Positions 23,176-36,916 of a stretch of DNA of 64,000 nucleotides are shown in pieces. Source of the stretch: Phyllosticta citribraziliensis (lineage: Eukaryota). Numbering within the stretch: the first letter of the stretch is position 1; each line of letters opens with the position of its first letter. The DNA is taken from contig NW_027117353.1 of the NCBI RefSeq assembly GCF_038025025.1, forward strand, positions 372,001 to 436,000, read 5' to 3'. The notes beneath the pieces are model-generated. The model worked only from the letters and a program-made list of their open reading frames with translations. It made no database searches and had not been told where the DNA came from. The position numbers and the translations under genes are program-made.

Positions 23176-24849
23176 GGCCCTTTACTCTCGGATTTCAGCT
23201 CAGTGGAAAGACGCGGCGTGAATGTGGCTGGGTCAACGATTCGAGTCGACTCTTCTAGAAAGGTCACGGTGACTCGGCGCTGCATTGATATACGTACGTC
23301 TTTACCGAACGGCTAGAAAGATAGCTGCAGCAGACGTTGTTCCTTTCCCGCGACTCGTCCCGTGCCGTCGGCAACCCCGCGCCATCTCCCTCCTCGTCCT
23401 GTTCCAGCGCGGGGTCACTTCTTCCTCGAACGCGACCACCCCAGACCCGATGAAGGGCGAAGCTGGCTAGCGGTCGGGTAGGCTCACCGTTGCTGCGGGG
23501 ACTGGAACGCGGCTGTGATGGGCGGGAGGGAGTCTGTGTGGAGCTTTGCAAACTAGTTGCGTTGGCGTGGATGCTGTAGGACTGACCGACTGCTTAATCC
23601 TGAAGATTTGACGTGTCGAGAGGCTGCGGGTTTTGATGTTGCGTTCGTCTCGGTGCTGGCGACGATGCCGACCATCTTCTCTAGATTTTGCTGATACGCA
23701 CAATTAGGCGGTTTGGGGGAATTCTCAGAGACCCGTCATCATCCCACCAACAACGATAACAAAACTACCACTAACGGACGACACATCATCAGTTCCAGGA
23801 CAACCACCACACATACTTGTCTGCTCCACTGCCCCACTGCCCCTGTCCAGCAGAGCACCCTCCTAGAAGGAGAACTTAGGTCAGCATCTAGGAGTCGGGT
23901 ATGCCATGATGCGGCAAGACACAACACGGTAGTAATGTAGAAGACAGCAGCAGCAGGCAGACGCCACGAGACAAAACGAAGAAGAAAAGTAGAAGTGCTT
24001 GTTCCGCCCTAACAGCCTCCTCCCTACGCATAAGCCAACCAGCCAGTCAATCAATTTGCCAGTCTGTCTGTGCAAAAATGAGAGTCGCCAACTTTTTGAC
24101 GCGGTAACCTCCACCGCTGCGTACCCACGCAGCCATCCAGCCGTCATGAAGCGCTGACAACTCACTCCCGCTCTCCCTCCCTTCCTCTCCCTTTTCTCTC
24201 TTGCCATACCAAGCCATACCACACAGGAAAGACGTACGTACGTACGCCTACAAATCACCATCCACGATCAGCCCAGCCCCTTTCCATCCGTCCATCCGTC
24301 CATATGTATCCGCCAGCACGGCTCAACCAGACGAGCAGCCTACCCTGCCTACCATCGAAGAAAGACATGGACGAGGAGAAAGAGGACAGTGAGAGGATAG
24401 AACGGGAGAGGGGATGGGGAAATGCAAAGGACGAGGGGTAGAGATAAGACGAGGAAACCAGGACGAATGATGACGACGTACCCACAACCCTCGCCCGCAC
24501 GCTGCACTATAGGTATAGGCAGGCAAGAAAGCGTGGTGGTCGTGTTGTGTTGTAGCACACACATGACCGACTGCGCAGCGTCGACCACCCACCCACTTAC
24601 GGCGGAAACAACCAAGGGGGTAAGGTAAGGTGAGGTGGGTGTTGGAGCGTAGGAGTGTAGGAGGGAAGGTACACTCATACGCACGCACACGGCTCCCCGC
24701 CAGCACGTCCCGACAACAACACCAGCAGCAGCAGCAGAGTAGTATCTCGCACACCAAAACCTGAAACTTCAATGCAGGGGGCCACTAGCTGGCTGGCGGA
24801 ATAATGCATAACATTTTTCGTTCATTTCCACCTTCGCCTACACGCCTAC

Positions 24850-25480
24850 ACGACCCACTCGCTCGTTCGCTCGTTCGCTATACACGTGTATATGTAAAAG
24901 GAAAAAATAAAGCGAGCGAGCGAGCGAGCTACAGCAGCAGCGGCGGCGGCGACGTGCGAGTCATATATATATATGACGACCAACCAACCAACCAACCAAC
25001 CAACAGGACGAGACAGACAGACAGGCAAACTGACTGACAGACAGACTGACTAGACTCCGCCCGCCTACCACGCCACGCCACGCCAACAAACGAACCCACG
25101 ATCCGATCCGATCCGATCCAGCCCCCGCACGCAAGAAGAAAAGGGGGATGATCCATCCCACCCCTCATCCCTCAAATATGCAACAAGGAAGAGAAGGCGA
25201 ACGCAAAGGAGAAAAAGGGAGAAGGGGATGAGAAGAAAGTGGGAAGAAAAGAGGAAGCCTCCCGGAAAGAAAGAAAGAGAGAACGAAAGAAAGGGAAAAG
25301 ATGAGCGACCGACGGAGCGCTCGCTCGCTCGCTCGCTCGCTCGTTCGCGCGGAGCTGACTGTACGACAAGGACGACGACCGAGGGAACGAAGATCAGAAC
25401 GAAGAACGGAACGAAGAACAAAAAAAAAAAAAAAAAAAAACAGCATCCGCGGCGCCTGTAACGAGCACTCAATCAATCAA
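24850..25480. repeat. Dense microsatellite zone ((CGCT)n, (CCAA)n, (GACA)n, (GATCC)n, A21) downstream of amdX
   Basis: Simple repeats are directly visible. Confidence 0.8.
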
Positions 25481-25955
25481 TCAATCCCAGTGGATACATA
25501 CGGCATCTGGGCTGCCCTGCTGTACCATCGTAGAAACCGCGGCACGTTCCTGAAAACCTAACTGTAGGTAGCATCTTCTTTTTCCGTCCTCCCCATACGC
25601 GACCGCCGACGACGACGACGACGACGACGACATGTACACACTTTGGTGGGAGATGTGGATGACGGGACTTTTTTTCCTTTTCTCTCCGTGTCCGATCAAA
25701 TGATGATGATGAAGCAATGGTTGTTCGAGGCTTTTTTATTCTGCTGTTTGCAACGGCGCGCGCCTCGCCTCGAGCTTGGTTGGGTATCACACTTTCTCAA
25801 TACATGATCCGCGTTTTCGTTGGTCGTTCGTCGTGGGGCGCATTAAAATTCCGTTACGTGTCGAGCTGAAACCTTGCCACTCATTTCGTTGTTGGGTCGG
25901 TATTCGCCAAGCAAAGGGAGTAGTTTGTCGCATTCAATTCAAAGGGCGCAAAAGA

Positions 25956-28900
25956 TCAGGACGCTATGGAAGCTTCCGCCCTTTGGTGCACATGGTTGGC
26001 GTGGGACTCGAGGGCGCGAGCCATAACGTGGGTCACTGTTTTCGCATTAGACTTGTTTATTGTACCCGGGACGGAGAACAAACCTGGCCAAACCGCGGAC
26101 CTCTCCATCATGTAGGCCGTCACGAGCAAGAGTTTGCTTCCAAAACCAAAGTTGGCCAACGACGGCATGCCGAGCATGGTTGGGGATCCTAAATTCCTTC
26201 CATCCAGCGTGATTTTGATCTCAGCGTTGCTGACAATGTCGCCGATTTTTTGCAACAGCTTAATATCCTCGTCTTCTAACAGCATGATCGCAGGCACCTG
26301 GGTGAGATCGATTTCCGTCTTGCCCAGAATGCCCATGTACCGACCGACGCGCTCCTGAACTGTTGCGACCCATTCCGCCAAAACCTGGGCGCAGTCAAAC
26401 GTGCACATGGCCGACTGAATGGGGAGCTCCCGAGACGTAAAGTCCGCAAATGTTACCCCCAGCTTATCAGACATGGACAGCGAGTCTGCAGCGTAGAAGG
26501 CAGCTTTGCGGAGATGACGCTCCCGCTTGGTTGACTTGGCGGAAGAGAAACCATTGGACATGTCGTTCGGCTCGCCAAAGTTGACCATGATTTCTCCGGG
26601 CGAGTCCCTTTGTGGCACACTGGGATTGGCGTTCGAGTCTGACGAACCATCGGAATCAGTCTCGGCGTGCTGAATAATTTCGTCGCCGCGAGCGAGCTCC
26701 TCGGCCATTGCATCAAAGTCCCGCGCCCAGAACCGTTCTTTCGATCTCGCTAGGCTGACAAAGAGGCGGACATATGCCAGGTCGAGGAGCGGGATGCTGT
26801 CGGCGGGGAGCGGACCGTAAGGATTTGGGCGTTCCAAACTGTGGTGAGGGTTCGCCCTCCACGCACTTTGCCATGCTTTGAGAGCAGGCTCGATCTGGTT
26901 GTGCATCTGCTCGGTTTCCGCTGTTGACCATTGCCTTCCATTGTGCCTTTGCCGAGTTTCCCAAATGTAGACGTGAAGGGCGTTGATCAAAACGTAGCAG
27001 CCAAACGTGCTCGGCTTCAGTAAGCTTTCCAGGACGCCATCCCGCTCGCCCCATTTGCGCTGCCTGTCGCTCGCTGTGAGCAGGATGGTAAGTGCGTCTG
27101 CAAAGGCTGTGCCCTTTTGGCTCGCAATCTGCGGGCCCCCCAATCCGGCCCAAGACTGAGCACTTTCGGCAGCCCACAAGTTTTCTTCGCACGGCAAGTC
27201 GAGATGAAGTTCTGAATTGAGGATTCGAGGCGCGTGGTTGTAGGCTGTGACGGTAAGACTGGACAAAACAAACACGGCGTACAGGGTCCGTTTTCGCTCC
27301 TCCTGAGTTTTCCATCGGATCCAGTGGGCATGGTCATCTCCACTCATCCACGCATCAACCGGCATTCCGTCCTCTCCCATGTGAATATCGTGCTCGCCAC
27401 TTCCGTCGTTACGCGGCGACAGGCCTGTGAATGGATCTTCAAGGGGTTGATCCAGGTTGGCCGCCTTTGCGAGGCTGACCAGGGCAGCGCAATGAGTGTA
27501 GGCAACGTCATTGGCTTGTTTGTCGCCACACTGGTGCCCGTAGATGAGGTTGAGAAGCATCGACTGCACAAGCCATAGTGGCGTTGTGTGACTGAATGCG
27601 TCATGCATCGGATTGAGCCCGTTGACAGCAGCGGCGAGATCCGCTCGTCGGCGCTCCTCGAGGTAGAAAAGAATCATCTTTTTGGCAGCCTCGAACAACT
27701 CCTTTCCAGCCGCGGGCTCATACTCGTACAGCGCACCAATGGCAGCCATTGCCAAAATCAAGCACTCTCCCCCACCAATGGTGCCTCCTTGACCAAATGT
27801 CGACGCGCGAGCGTTGCCCAAGTGCAAAGGGGAATCGAACGACAGGGTTGGAATGTGCAGGAACGGCAGGTGCGGATGAAAGTATTGTATGTAGGCATTG
27901 ACGAAACGTTGCAAATCGCCAGTGCTTGGTAGCGCGGGAAGTTGTGACATGGAGCTGACGCCAGGCGACAAGGGTGAACTGATTGCCGGGTGCGAGTATT
28001 TACGCTGAATGGGACTGCAATTCATCGCCTGCGAAAGGCTCATGAGGAGGGACTGGCGAGTGGCATCAGTGATTGAATCAGTTGATACGGAGGTCACCGA
28101 GCTTTGTCGAGCACTGCCGTTAACTGAGGAGGAAGCTATACTTGTGCTATCAGAATTGAACGTCTTCGTCCCGTGGAAGTAATTATTGGACATGCCCGGA
28201 ATGGCGCCTGTTGTTGGACTCATGGCATGTATCGGCGGTGGGGACGAGAAATAAACGTCGCGTTGATTGTTTGGATCTTGGAGTTGCTTGGGAGAGACGG
28301 TGTGGAGTGGGTCCATGAACTCGGGGAACACGGCGTTCATGGCGTCCATCTGGGCCGAACTGGTATCAATCATGGAGCTGGCGTTGAGCGAGTTCCCCCA
28401 CACGCTGGACGTCGAAGCGTCGCGGTTAGACCCGTCGACCATGATTTCGCTGAACCCACTCTGGCTAGCAGTGCTGATTGCTGACGGCGAAGACTCGTCC
28501 ACGGCAGCCTCGCTGGGGCCTGCGTCGAGGTTCAATGAACTTTCGAGACCAGCCATCCAGTCAAACTCCTCGTCCTCAAACCCAGTGTTGGCGCTCAGCG
28601 GGTGGAACTGAGAAAAGGGAGACATTTGAGCACCCAGAGCTCCACTAAAGTGGAGCTGTGCCGGGTTCACGGTGGAGCCCGCAAACAGCTTGTCCAAGTC
28701 CATTACGTGGTCTATCCCCGGGATCGGAGCGGTCCGCAGGCCGCCGCCGAGGCCAACTCCAAGGTGGGTGTCAATCTTGGGCAATCCGTGGGGTGTATGT
28801 CCATTTTGTTCCATCGGGGGCTGCATCCTCCCAAACTCAAAGTTGTGGGACCCTGGGAAACCGGAGAGACTTGGGTGATGGCTGTGGCCCATTGGCATGC

Positions 28901-29516
28901 CTGGTCCTCTGGCAGCCGGAGTGGTGGTAGTTTGGGCCGCAAGGAAACTGTTCAGCGCAGAGCCATCAACGTGGCTGATGGTGTTGGCTCTCGGCCTCGC
29001 CGGAGGAGCACCTCCAATGCCGACGCTCGCATTGCTGGCAATGGAGCTTTTCCGCACCTTGTTGTTCGTGGCGTGTGTGGGCAGCCCGGTAGTGCTCTCA
29101 CGACGACCGTTTCTCGGCCTCGACGACGCCGCTCCAGCCTGGTGCAATTTCTGTTGGTGCCTGAGGAGGAGATCCCGTCTCGCAAAGCATCTCGAGCACT
29201 GGGGGCACTCGAATGGTTTCTCCTTGGTGTGGGAACGCTCGTGACGCTTGAGGTGCTCCAGTCTCGCAAATGAACGACCACAGGTGTTGCAGACATGAGG
29301 CCGTGGCTTGTCGGTTTTGGGAGGGGGAAATGACGCAGTGGGAGGAGCCTGCGAGGCTTCGGGGTTGACTGGTGGGGTGGAAGCTGGCGAGGAACAATGG
29401 CGGGTCAGCAAAGTAGACGTCAAACGCAGAGCGTCGCGCAAGCGGAGCTTACCCTTCAAGTCCAGAGGAACATCGGCGGCACCATTTGCACCGTCAATGG
29501 TCCCAGGGGCTGCCAT
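25956..29516 (-). CDS. amdX: C2H2 zinc-finger transcription factor with a fungal-specific TF domain, AmdX (Adr1/Rsf2/Tda9-like)
   Basis: 'KTDKPRPHVCNTCGRSFARLEHLKRHERSHTKEKPFECPQCSRCFARRDLLLRHQQKLH' and a Fungal_trans-type region 'YFHPHLPFLHIPT...EERKRT'. Two in-frame introns, 29384-29452 and 26036-26083. Confidence 0.88.
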   Translation of the reverse strand: MAAPGTIDGANGAADVPLDLKGKLRLRDALRLTSTLLTRHCSSPASTPPVNPEASQAPPTASFPPPKTDKPRPHVCNTCGRSFARLEHLKRHERSHTKEKPFECPQCSRCFARRDLLLRHQQKLHQAGAASSRPRNGRRESTTGLPTHATNNKVRKSSIASNASVGIGGAPPARPRANTISHVDGSALNSFLAAQTTTTPAARGPGMPMGHSHHPSLSGFPGSHNFEFGRMQPPMEQNGHTPHGLPKIDTHLGVGLGGGLRTAPIPGIDHVMDLDKLFAGSTVNPAQLHFSGALGAQMSPFSQFHPLSANTGFEDEEFDWMAGLESSLNLDAGPSEAAVDESSPSAISTASQSGFSEIMVDGSNRDASTSSVWGNSLNASSMIDTSSAQMDAMNAVFPEFMDPLHTVSPKQLQDPNNQRDVYFSSPPPIHAMSPTTGAIPGMSNNYFHGTKTFNSDSTSIASSSVNGSARQSSVTSVSTDSITDATRQSLLMSLSQAMNCSPIQRKYSHPAISSPLSPGVSSMSQLPALPSTGDLQRFVNAYIQYFHPHLPFLHIPTLSFDSPLHLGNARASTFGQGGTIGGGECLILAMAAIGALYEYEPAAGKELFEAAKKMILFYLEERRRADLAAAVNGLNPMHDAFSHTTPLWLVQSMLLNLIYGHQCGDKQANDVAYTHCAALVSLAKAANLDQPLEDPFTGLSPRNDGSGEHDIHMGEDGMPVDAWMSGDDHAHWIRWKTQEERKRTLYAVFVLSSLTVTAYNHAPRILNSELHLDLPCEENLWAAESAQSWAGLGGPQIASQKGTAFADALTILLTASDRQRKWGERDGVLESLLKPSTFGCYVLINALHVYIWETRQRHNGRQWSTAETEQMHNQIEPALKAWQSAWRANPHHSLERPNPYGPLPADSIPLLDLAYVRLFVSLARSKERFWARDFDAMAEELARGDEIIQHAETDSDGSSDSNANPSVPQRDSPGEIMVNFGEPNDMSNGFSSAKSTKRERHLRKAAFYAADSLSMSDKLGVTFADFTSRELPIQSAMCTFDCAQVLAEWVATVQERVGRYMGILGKTEIDLTQVPAIMLLEDEDIKLLQKIGDIVSNAEIKITLDGRNLGSPTMLGMPSLANFGFGSKLLLVTAYMMERSAVWPGLFSVPGTINKSNAKTVTHVMARALESHANHVHQRAEASIAS

Positions 29517-30794
29517 TTTTCGGGTAGCTCAGAGGGACTGGTGTGGTTATTGTGGAGACGAGTGTAGCAGGCCAGTCAAAGAGTCAATCGCCAGCGGTGC
29601 GTCCGGGAGCATCCAATGGCAATGCAGGCCGCAAGAGGTGCCTTGGGCGGCCAGGTCGACTTGAAAGAGAGTGTGGGCGGCGAAAGCAAGAGTACGAGGC
29701 AGCGAGCAGGCTGAGGGCGGCTCGCGCAGGCGGGAGCGAGGGCTGTGGGGTGGAGCGAGGCCAACAGGATGGCTGCGACTGGCGGCATGGCGACCAAGTC
29801 AGTTGGAGGATCAATGCAGAGGGAAACGAGGGCGGAGGGTACCTTTGCAGAGGAGCGTGGTGGTGTCGAAGCTGGTCGACGTCGAGGCGGGCGTGACTCG
29901 AGCGAGGCGGAGTTAAGGGTAGCGAGCAGCTGTCAAGGCCGAGTCGATGGGGACGGCGGGGCTCTTGGGAGCTAGGCTGGTGGCGCGCGGCGGACAATGG
30001 GCGGCGGCGGCGGAGTGGTAGAGCAGAGCAAGGCAGCGCGGGGGCGCGCGGAGGGACTCGTTGGACGTGGTTGTCGTCGGGTGGTTATGGTATAGAGCAG
30101 AGAAGAGGTGGTGGTTGTGGTGGTGGTGGTGGACCTGACGGACGGGTACGCGCGACCCGTCTGAGCCAAGCAGGTAAGAGTAAGGTAGTCAGGTGGGCCT
30201 CTGCTAGAGTAAGGTAAGGTAAGGCAAGGCAAGGTAGTAGGTAGACTTTTGCTCGCACTTAACCTCCGGCCTACCCGCGCAGGTTGTCGATGGTGGAATG
30301 AACGGGCTCGGCACCAATCAAGGCCCGACGTGCTAAGTGATTGAGCAGAAGGGCAGGTCGAAATATTGGCGCGGGACTGACTGAGAAGAGCGATGGGATG
30401 GACGTCTCACTCGCTCTGGCGGACTGCACGTCTACTTAGTCAATTGGCACCGGGAGACGCATCATGCCAGCCCGCGACAGGGTTGCGCTGCACGCCCATC
30501 CGCCCTCGGGTGCTTGCGCTCGCCGGTGGTGCCCCAGTTGCAGGGAGCGCTGGCCGACGAGCTGCTACCTTTCTGACATGAGGCAAGCCGTTCCTGTGCC
30601 TTCGCCCCCGGCTCCAGGTCCACAAAAGCTCTGCAAGCTATTTCCCGCCCGTCGAGCATGCATCGAGGTAGTCGACGACCAAGCCGCCGCCGATGGCAGC
30701 CTCGCCGTCCGTCTACATCGGACATGGGAAGCCATCAGCTTTTCCGACGTCGAGCGTGGATTCCCCGTTCAGCAGGCCGCGAGCGCAAGCCACC

Positions 30795-30826
<32 letters not shown>

Positions 30827-30897
30827 GGGCGGCCATGTGCCTGAAGGCTGAAGGGACCGACGGGCGACGGCGCAGAGAGAGAGAGGCAAATATGGCG

Positions 30898-33800
30898 GAT
30901 TCTGGGGTAAAAATACAGAGACCGGGTTTTTTGCTGCAACTGGCCACTCTCCGCCCCTCGTGACTTTACCCCGGAATTGGCCGCCCGGCGCACCAAGTGG
31001 CGCGCGCGCTGAGCTGGACCGGCCGGGGGCATGAGGACGGGAACTAGAACCGGACTGCAACTGCAACTGGGACCGGTCGTTGCGAGGTGAGGTGAGGTGA
31101 GCGACATTTGGTGTTGACGACGTACGTGTTGACACCAACCGTCGCATCGCCACACGGACAGGACCTGATTCGTGACGTGAAGTCTGTCGCGACGTTGCAG
31201 AAACGGCGCCTCGCCAAGCCCTCGAGACACGTCTTGACCTGGGCTTCACGGGAGAAACGGCCGAGGCAGTTCTGCTCGCAGTTCAACACCTCTCTTGTTC
31301 CCCTTTGCTGTGGGCCGTCATTACGCATGTCGACGCCGCACATGACCGCCGGCCGGAAAAATGGCGCAAGGATCCGACATCCATGGCATCCATTCAAGAG
31401 ACCACCCAGTCCAGTCCAGTCCAGTCCGGCCTAGTCTAGCACGAGCTCTGCTGCGCTGCGCTGCGCTGCGCTGCACTGCCCTGCCTCTCGCCTTGCTTGC
31501 CCACTACAGTACAGTCTTGCCAGCCTCCCTGCGTCCATCCCACAACTCTCTGCTCTGGTATAAGCCGCCTCGCTGTAGGCCAAGCCCCGGCTCTACTCGA
31601 TAGGCCTAGCCGTGCCTTGACGTCGACCTGGAGCCAGGCAGTTCATGCGCAGCTCGCAGATCAGGGTTTGCCGCCATCAGTCGACGTCCTCTTGAAAAGA
31701 GTCAGTCGTGCAGTAGCGCTGCTGCTCGACCCGCTTCAAATCAGGATACAACGGGGAACCTCCTCGATGCAGCCTCTCCATCTTGCAAGCCTCGCCTGCA
31801 TCATCAACTGCTCTCAACTGCTGCTGCTCTGCTGCACGTCAGGTCATTGCAGCTGTTGCCAGGGTGCTGAAACCAACATGCCTCATCACGTCATGTCTGT
31901 CTTGTGGGTCCATCAGATAGGGTCGATACATACATAGCTATGGATACAGTACGTACACACCAACGAAACCTCTCCGAGGCCCCACCTACTCGTTTGAGAC
32001 GCTCGTATCGTTGCCGACTCGCCCTCTGTGAAGAAGCCGTTTGTCAGCCCAAGAGGCCGAGATGCTCACTCACCCTGCCTGCCGCGTCGCTCCTGGGTAA
32101 CCTCTTCCGCTCCACTGTACTCGGAGTCACGTCCATTTTGGACGCTGATGGCCCGACGTCCAACCAGGCCTCGCCGCTCTGCCATCGGCTTCGACCTTCC
32201 CTCGTTTCCAAACGCTATCGTCGGAATGCCCAATCGCAACTCAATGCCTCAGGCCAGCTCCTGTCGACATATAAATCCCAATTGCACCCAACTGCAGCGC
32301 CGCCTTGCCAGGAACCAGTGCCACGCTGGAAATCACATCCCGACCGCCACCCAGGTGCCACTGGACGGCGTGTGCTGCCGGCCGTCACGGTTGCCTCGCT
32401 GCAAACTTGCAATTGATTGTTTACGAACCTCTGTTGCACGCCCAAAAACTCTATTTCGCGGAGGACGAAGAAAAGGTCGGAAAAACTCCCAAAAATCAAT
32501 CATGGCCCGTCTGATTGGCCGCCTGTAACGCTGCTCGCGCGCTGCTGCCGTGTCTTCGTTCCTATGCTTCAGTTGTGCGAGTATGCTGCTGCGCGTAAGC
32601 CGGTTTCAGCCGATCAGACTCGAGCCCTCAAGCGCCGTGCATCACGAGGCAGCTTTTTCAAATGGATTTCCAGTAGTTCAGCCCGCCGTCGACCTGTTGT
32701 CGACAAGAGAACCGGGGCGTTCGCTGCAATGCCATTATTACCCATGCTTATCCAACAAAGTCGTTGCCGCCCTGGGCTGCCTCGAGCGATTCTGATATTG
32801 CAACGCCTCATCTGGACTTGTAGACCGACCTGGATAGTCTGCTGCGCTAGGAAAAGTCGCTTCGGACAATGTCTCAACTCTACGTAATCTTCCAACCCGT
32901 GTGCCCACAGGCGCTTTGCGCACGAAGCGTACGACAGACGTTGTGGTTGCGTTTCCTCAAAATCCGCCACGCCCTTCACGAGTGATGCGTGGGCAAACCA
33001 CCAATCTTGTGAACACTGCCATCATCCAAATTGGCCTTCGAAAAGGCGGAGCCAACAATGGCTACCGTTGAATTGACAGCTCTGCATATTGAAGTTTATC
33101 CTCGGCAGTCTGGGTGGGCGAACTTGATGCTCGCAGGTTCAAACTCTCTCGACTGCCCACTAAGCATTCGTGAACCTATGCAGCACCTTGAGCTGCTCCG
33201 ACCCGGCAACACATAGAAGCTCGACTCCCTTAATTCCCACGACAACGGTGCTCCGGCTATGTGCTCCGGACTACTCAAAAAGGGCTCAGGGTGGCACGAC
33301 GGAAGCGCCTTCCCATACCAAACTCCGTCTCTCCAATATCATGGGAAACCAACAGCAGCAGCAACATCGGTTGTCTGCTGATGGTGGTACAATCCCCTTC
33401 CCGCCCAGTGGGCCCGCTCCGAAACGTCAGCAGTTCGAGACGACTCCCGCCACGAGGATGGCTTTCGCACACGCCGTGCGACCACGATCTTGGGTGCCCG
33501 TCCGTCCATCCGTCCGTCTTGACCGCTCTCAGGCCACCTCACGCGGACGACTGCCGCTGCGCTGCGCTGCGCTGCGCTCGTCGAGGGACAGGCAACAAAG
33601 AGACTTTGATTGTGAGGTTGAACCGGCCAGCTGGAGCCTCGAGACCAACAGACAAAAAGCGTGCTAGCTGAGCCATGCCCCCCGGCCGTGTTTCCTGGCT
33701 CCTCCGTTGTGCTGGAGCATGACCAACGGTCGTGCGCGCGGCTCCTTCAACGTAGTTTGCCACTTGTGCACTTTTCCATTTCCCATTGGAACCCAATGAC

Positions 33801-36800
33801 CTTGTCCGATGCGCATTGGACGTGCCGGTGGCATGGGGATGGAGGCTGTGAGGTCAACCTCTGACGTCATAATGGAATTTCCCAGCCCACAACCACACAC
33901 CTCACCCGCGGCACCGCACCACATGAGCCAGCCAGCATCGACAGCAACAACCCAACAAGCAATGCCACTTTTCCATTGCGAAAGCGCCAAAGTTCAATTC
34001 AACCGGCCAGCCAGCCAGCCGGCCGGCCGTCCGGATCTGGATCGCACGTTTGGCGGCCCAGATCTGGTCCATGCCGCGGACCAGTTGGGCCTATCGGTCA
34101 GGACTCAGGTCCTGCGTCTTTTCATCGCGCCATGGACGGTTTCTTTTCAGCTCTTCATGGCACGAGGTCACTTTTGAAACCCGCTACTTGGCTGCCGCAG
34201 CCTCCTTGACCGCCCTGCCCGTCTGCCGACCGACCGACGGCTGAATAACCAGCACGCTCTACCGATCAAGCGACTGAACGCGAGCATCGCAATCCACTTC
34301 ATTTCATCTCCCCCGTCATCCGAGCGACTCGCCAGTCTTGGACAGCGCCCGGCCAGCGCAGGTTACATGTGTTTTGTCAAGCATGACCAAATCGCAAGGC
34401 TCTGCGCAGCCCATTCTACAATCGCCATTTGTTCATCTTCCTCAAGTCCTTCTCGCGACACGCTGGCCGTCGACGGTTGACACATGAACGACAGCTGTTC
34501 GCCGAACCGATCTGATGTCGTCCATCCATGTCCGTCTGACGCGCGGGCTCTCCACGTGCGCCGCGCACGTTGATGTACTCCGTCCCTCCCTCCCTCCCTC
34601 CCTCCCGCTATCCGGATTCGGGTTCGGGAGCAAGCGACCAAAAGTAAAGAAGAGAGCCAGAGGCACCAAAAAAGCAATATGAGCCACAGAGCATGGCATG
34701 CGCGCAAGGCCGGCCGGCCGAGGTTTGATGTCGAGACCACACCTTGTCTGCTGTGGATCTCATCGTGGATTTCGTGCTGGCACGAAGCCTCTCTGTCGTA
34801 TCTGATGCTCGAGCATTCCTCTGCCAACTTTTACTGGGACTCGCGCAGCGCCTGCTCTAGCCCATCACTGACGGCTCTTTGGTTCAGTCTGGTCGACACT
34901 TCACCACTGCACTACGCCACACCTCTGTCTCGCTCCAGCCTGCCTGTGGTCGCATGCTTGGCGTCTATAGACCTGGACATCGAAGGGCGCTAGGCCAAGG
35001 GTAGGCAGGTTAGTGGGTAGCGCGTGCGGGCGGGCACACAGACGGGCTGCATTGAGCGCGCGCGCGCGACGTCATGGTATGGCATGGCGTATCGGCAGGG
35101 CGCAGACGGCGCAGACGGCGCGGGTCATCTACCTGCCTACCCTAACCACCGACCGCGCCACTGTATCGACAATGAATGCAATGAATGGGCGCGGTGTGGC
35201 GAAGGACCGGCGAGCACTGTGTGCGCGCAAGAGGTGGGTGTAATCAGACCCAAGCAAGCATACGCTCTGGCAGTTCTGAACGTCGAGACGACGAGACCAA
35301 CGAAAAGCAGCAGCAGAAGGCGAATAGCTAACATGCACGCAAGCCAGCAAGCGCAGGAAAAATTTTCCCCTCGCTGGTCAAGGTACCCCTACACACCCAT
35401 CCCTTGCCCTTCCCATTCCTATTCCCTTTTCCGCCTCCCCCTGTCCGTCTGGGCTGGCTGGGCAGGCGTGTCTTCCCGTCCTGAGGCTTGCGCCCAAATC
35501 GAATGAATGCAATGAGTGTAAAAGAGAGTGCGCCACCATCAATATGGACAAAGGCTGCTACTCTGACTTACTCGCTGAATGACGCCTTCGCCACGGGAGC
35601 GTGCTGGTTGGTTGGCTGTTGGCTAAGTTACGGCGGCGCCCCGGATTTTGGTCGTCTGGGGTCTCTCCGCTGTCCCGCCCCGCCCCGCCTCCACTGTACT
35701 GCGCTGGTGTACTGTCCTGTCCTGTACCGTACGCTTGGGGGAGTGCGGTAGTACTGTATGTACATGATGTTGCTGAAGGGCTTGCGGTGCTTTGCGTTAG
35801 ACTCTCTGCAGGACTTTACGTAGATATTGGAACGGGGGGTGGGTTTCGTAATCTCTTTCTTTCTTTCTTTCCTCTCTCCACACTGCTCTTCCACTCCTTT
35901 TTCCTTATCCGCTTCTCGTACCAGCTACGCTGACTGTCTCTTATGTTGCATACATACTAGGTAGACGCGCGCCATCACCACGAAAGCCATTCCTGCCTCT
36001 CCCTCCCTCCATCTCTCCATCCTGCTCCATCCGCCCCACCACATCTTCACCTCTTCACTTCAAGCCTCGCCTTGGCTCGTTCCCTTTCCCATTCCCATCC
36101 TCATCCCTATTCCGCCCGTCAGTAAGCCACGCACCCACTCACTCGCTCGCTCTGTCGGGAGCGAGACGCACGGCAGAAACAAGACGCCAAAGAGGCTTTT
36201 CGCTGCGCTGGCATCATCCCTCTTTACCCCATACCCTACCCCATACGCCAGACATACTTTCTGGGCCGCCCGGGCGCCGTGACGGGGATGTGGCTGGTTG
36301 GCTGGTTGGCTGGCTTAGGGGCGTCCTTCTGCGTGGAGCCTCTCGCTCGCTCGCTTGCTCGCTTGGCCACCATGATTCTTTGGGTTGGTGTGGGTGTGGG
36401 TTTGACGATGGTTTGATGAGTTGATGAAGATGATGGTTTTTGGGGAAGTGTTATGGAGATGGGAGTGCTGTAGGAGGGAGAGGGCGTGGTGGCGTGGCAT
36501 TCACCTCCTGACGCGCATGCCCATGTACAGGAGGAGCAGCAAGACAGAGAGAAGATGTGTGTGTGCCTGGACGAAGCCATGGACGACGCACAGCCAAAAC
36601 CCACTCCTCTCTCCCTCTCTCTTGACCGACTCTCCACTCTCCTCATTCCCCTCGCGACAGGCGCGCAGACTCTCGCTCTCTCGCCCCTCCCCTCCATTTA
36701 TCTCTTCACCTCTCCATCTCCCCTCCCCGATCCTCTCTACTCCACCAGCCAGCCAGCGGAAATACTCAACCCCAACCCAACCCAAAACGTCTCGAGCACT

Positions 36801-36916
36801 AAAAAACGAATCATCTGGGGTAATTCCCTTCCCTTCCTTTCCCTTCCAGCCTGGCCCCTGATCGCATCCGAGCCTGGTCTAGCCCGGCGCCTCCGCGGGA
36901 CAGAAATCTGGGGTAA
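30898..36916. promoter_or_regulatory. Two clusters of CreA/Mig1-type GC boxes with AT-rich flanks in the long region upstream of amdX
   Basis: TCTGGGGTAA occurs three times (30901, 36814, 36907). AATTCCGGGGTAA occurs on the minus strand (about 30966-30978) and ATGGGGTAA on the minus strand (36224-36232). The CTGGGG and CCGGGG sites fit the SYGGRG consensus. Confidence 0.5.

Noticed and set aside
31497..35500. Several 100-170 aa ORFs in the region upstream of amdX
   Set aside because: They overlap in conflicting frames, are Arg/Cys/Ser-rich like non-coding GC-rich DNA, and show no domain motifs or codon bias.
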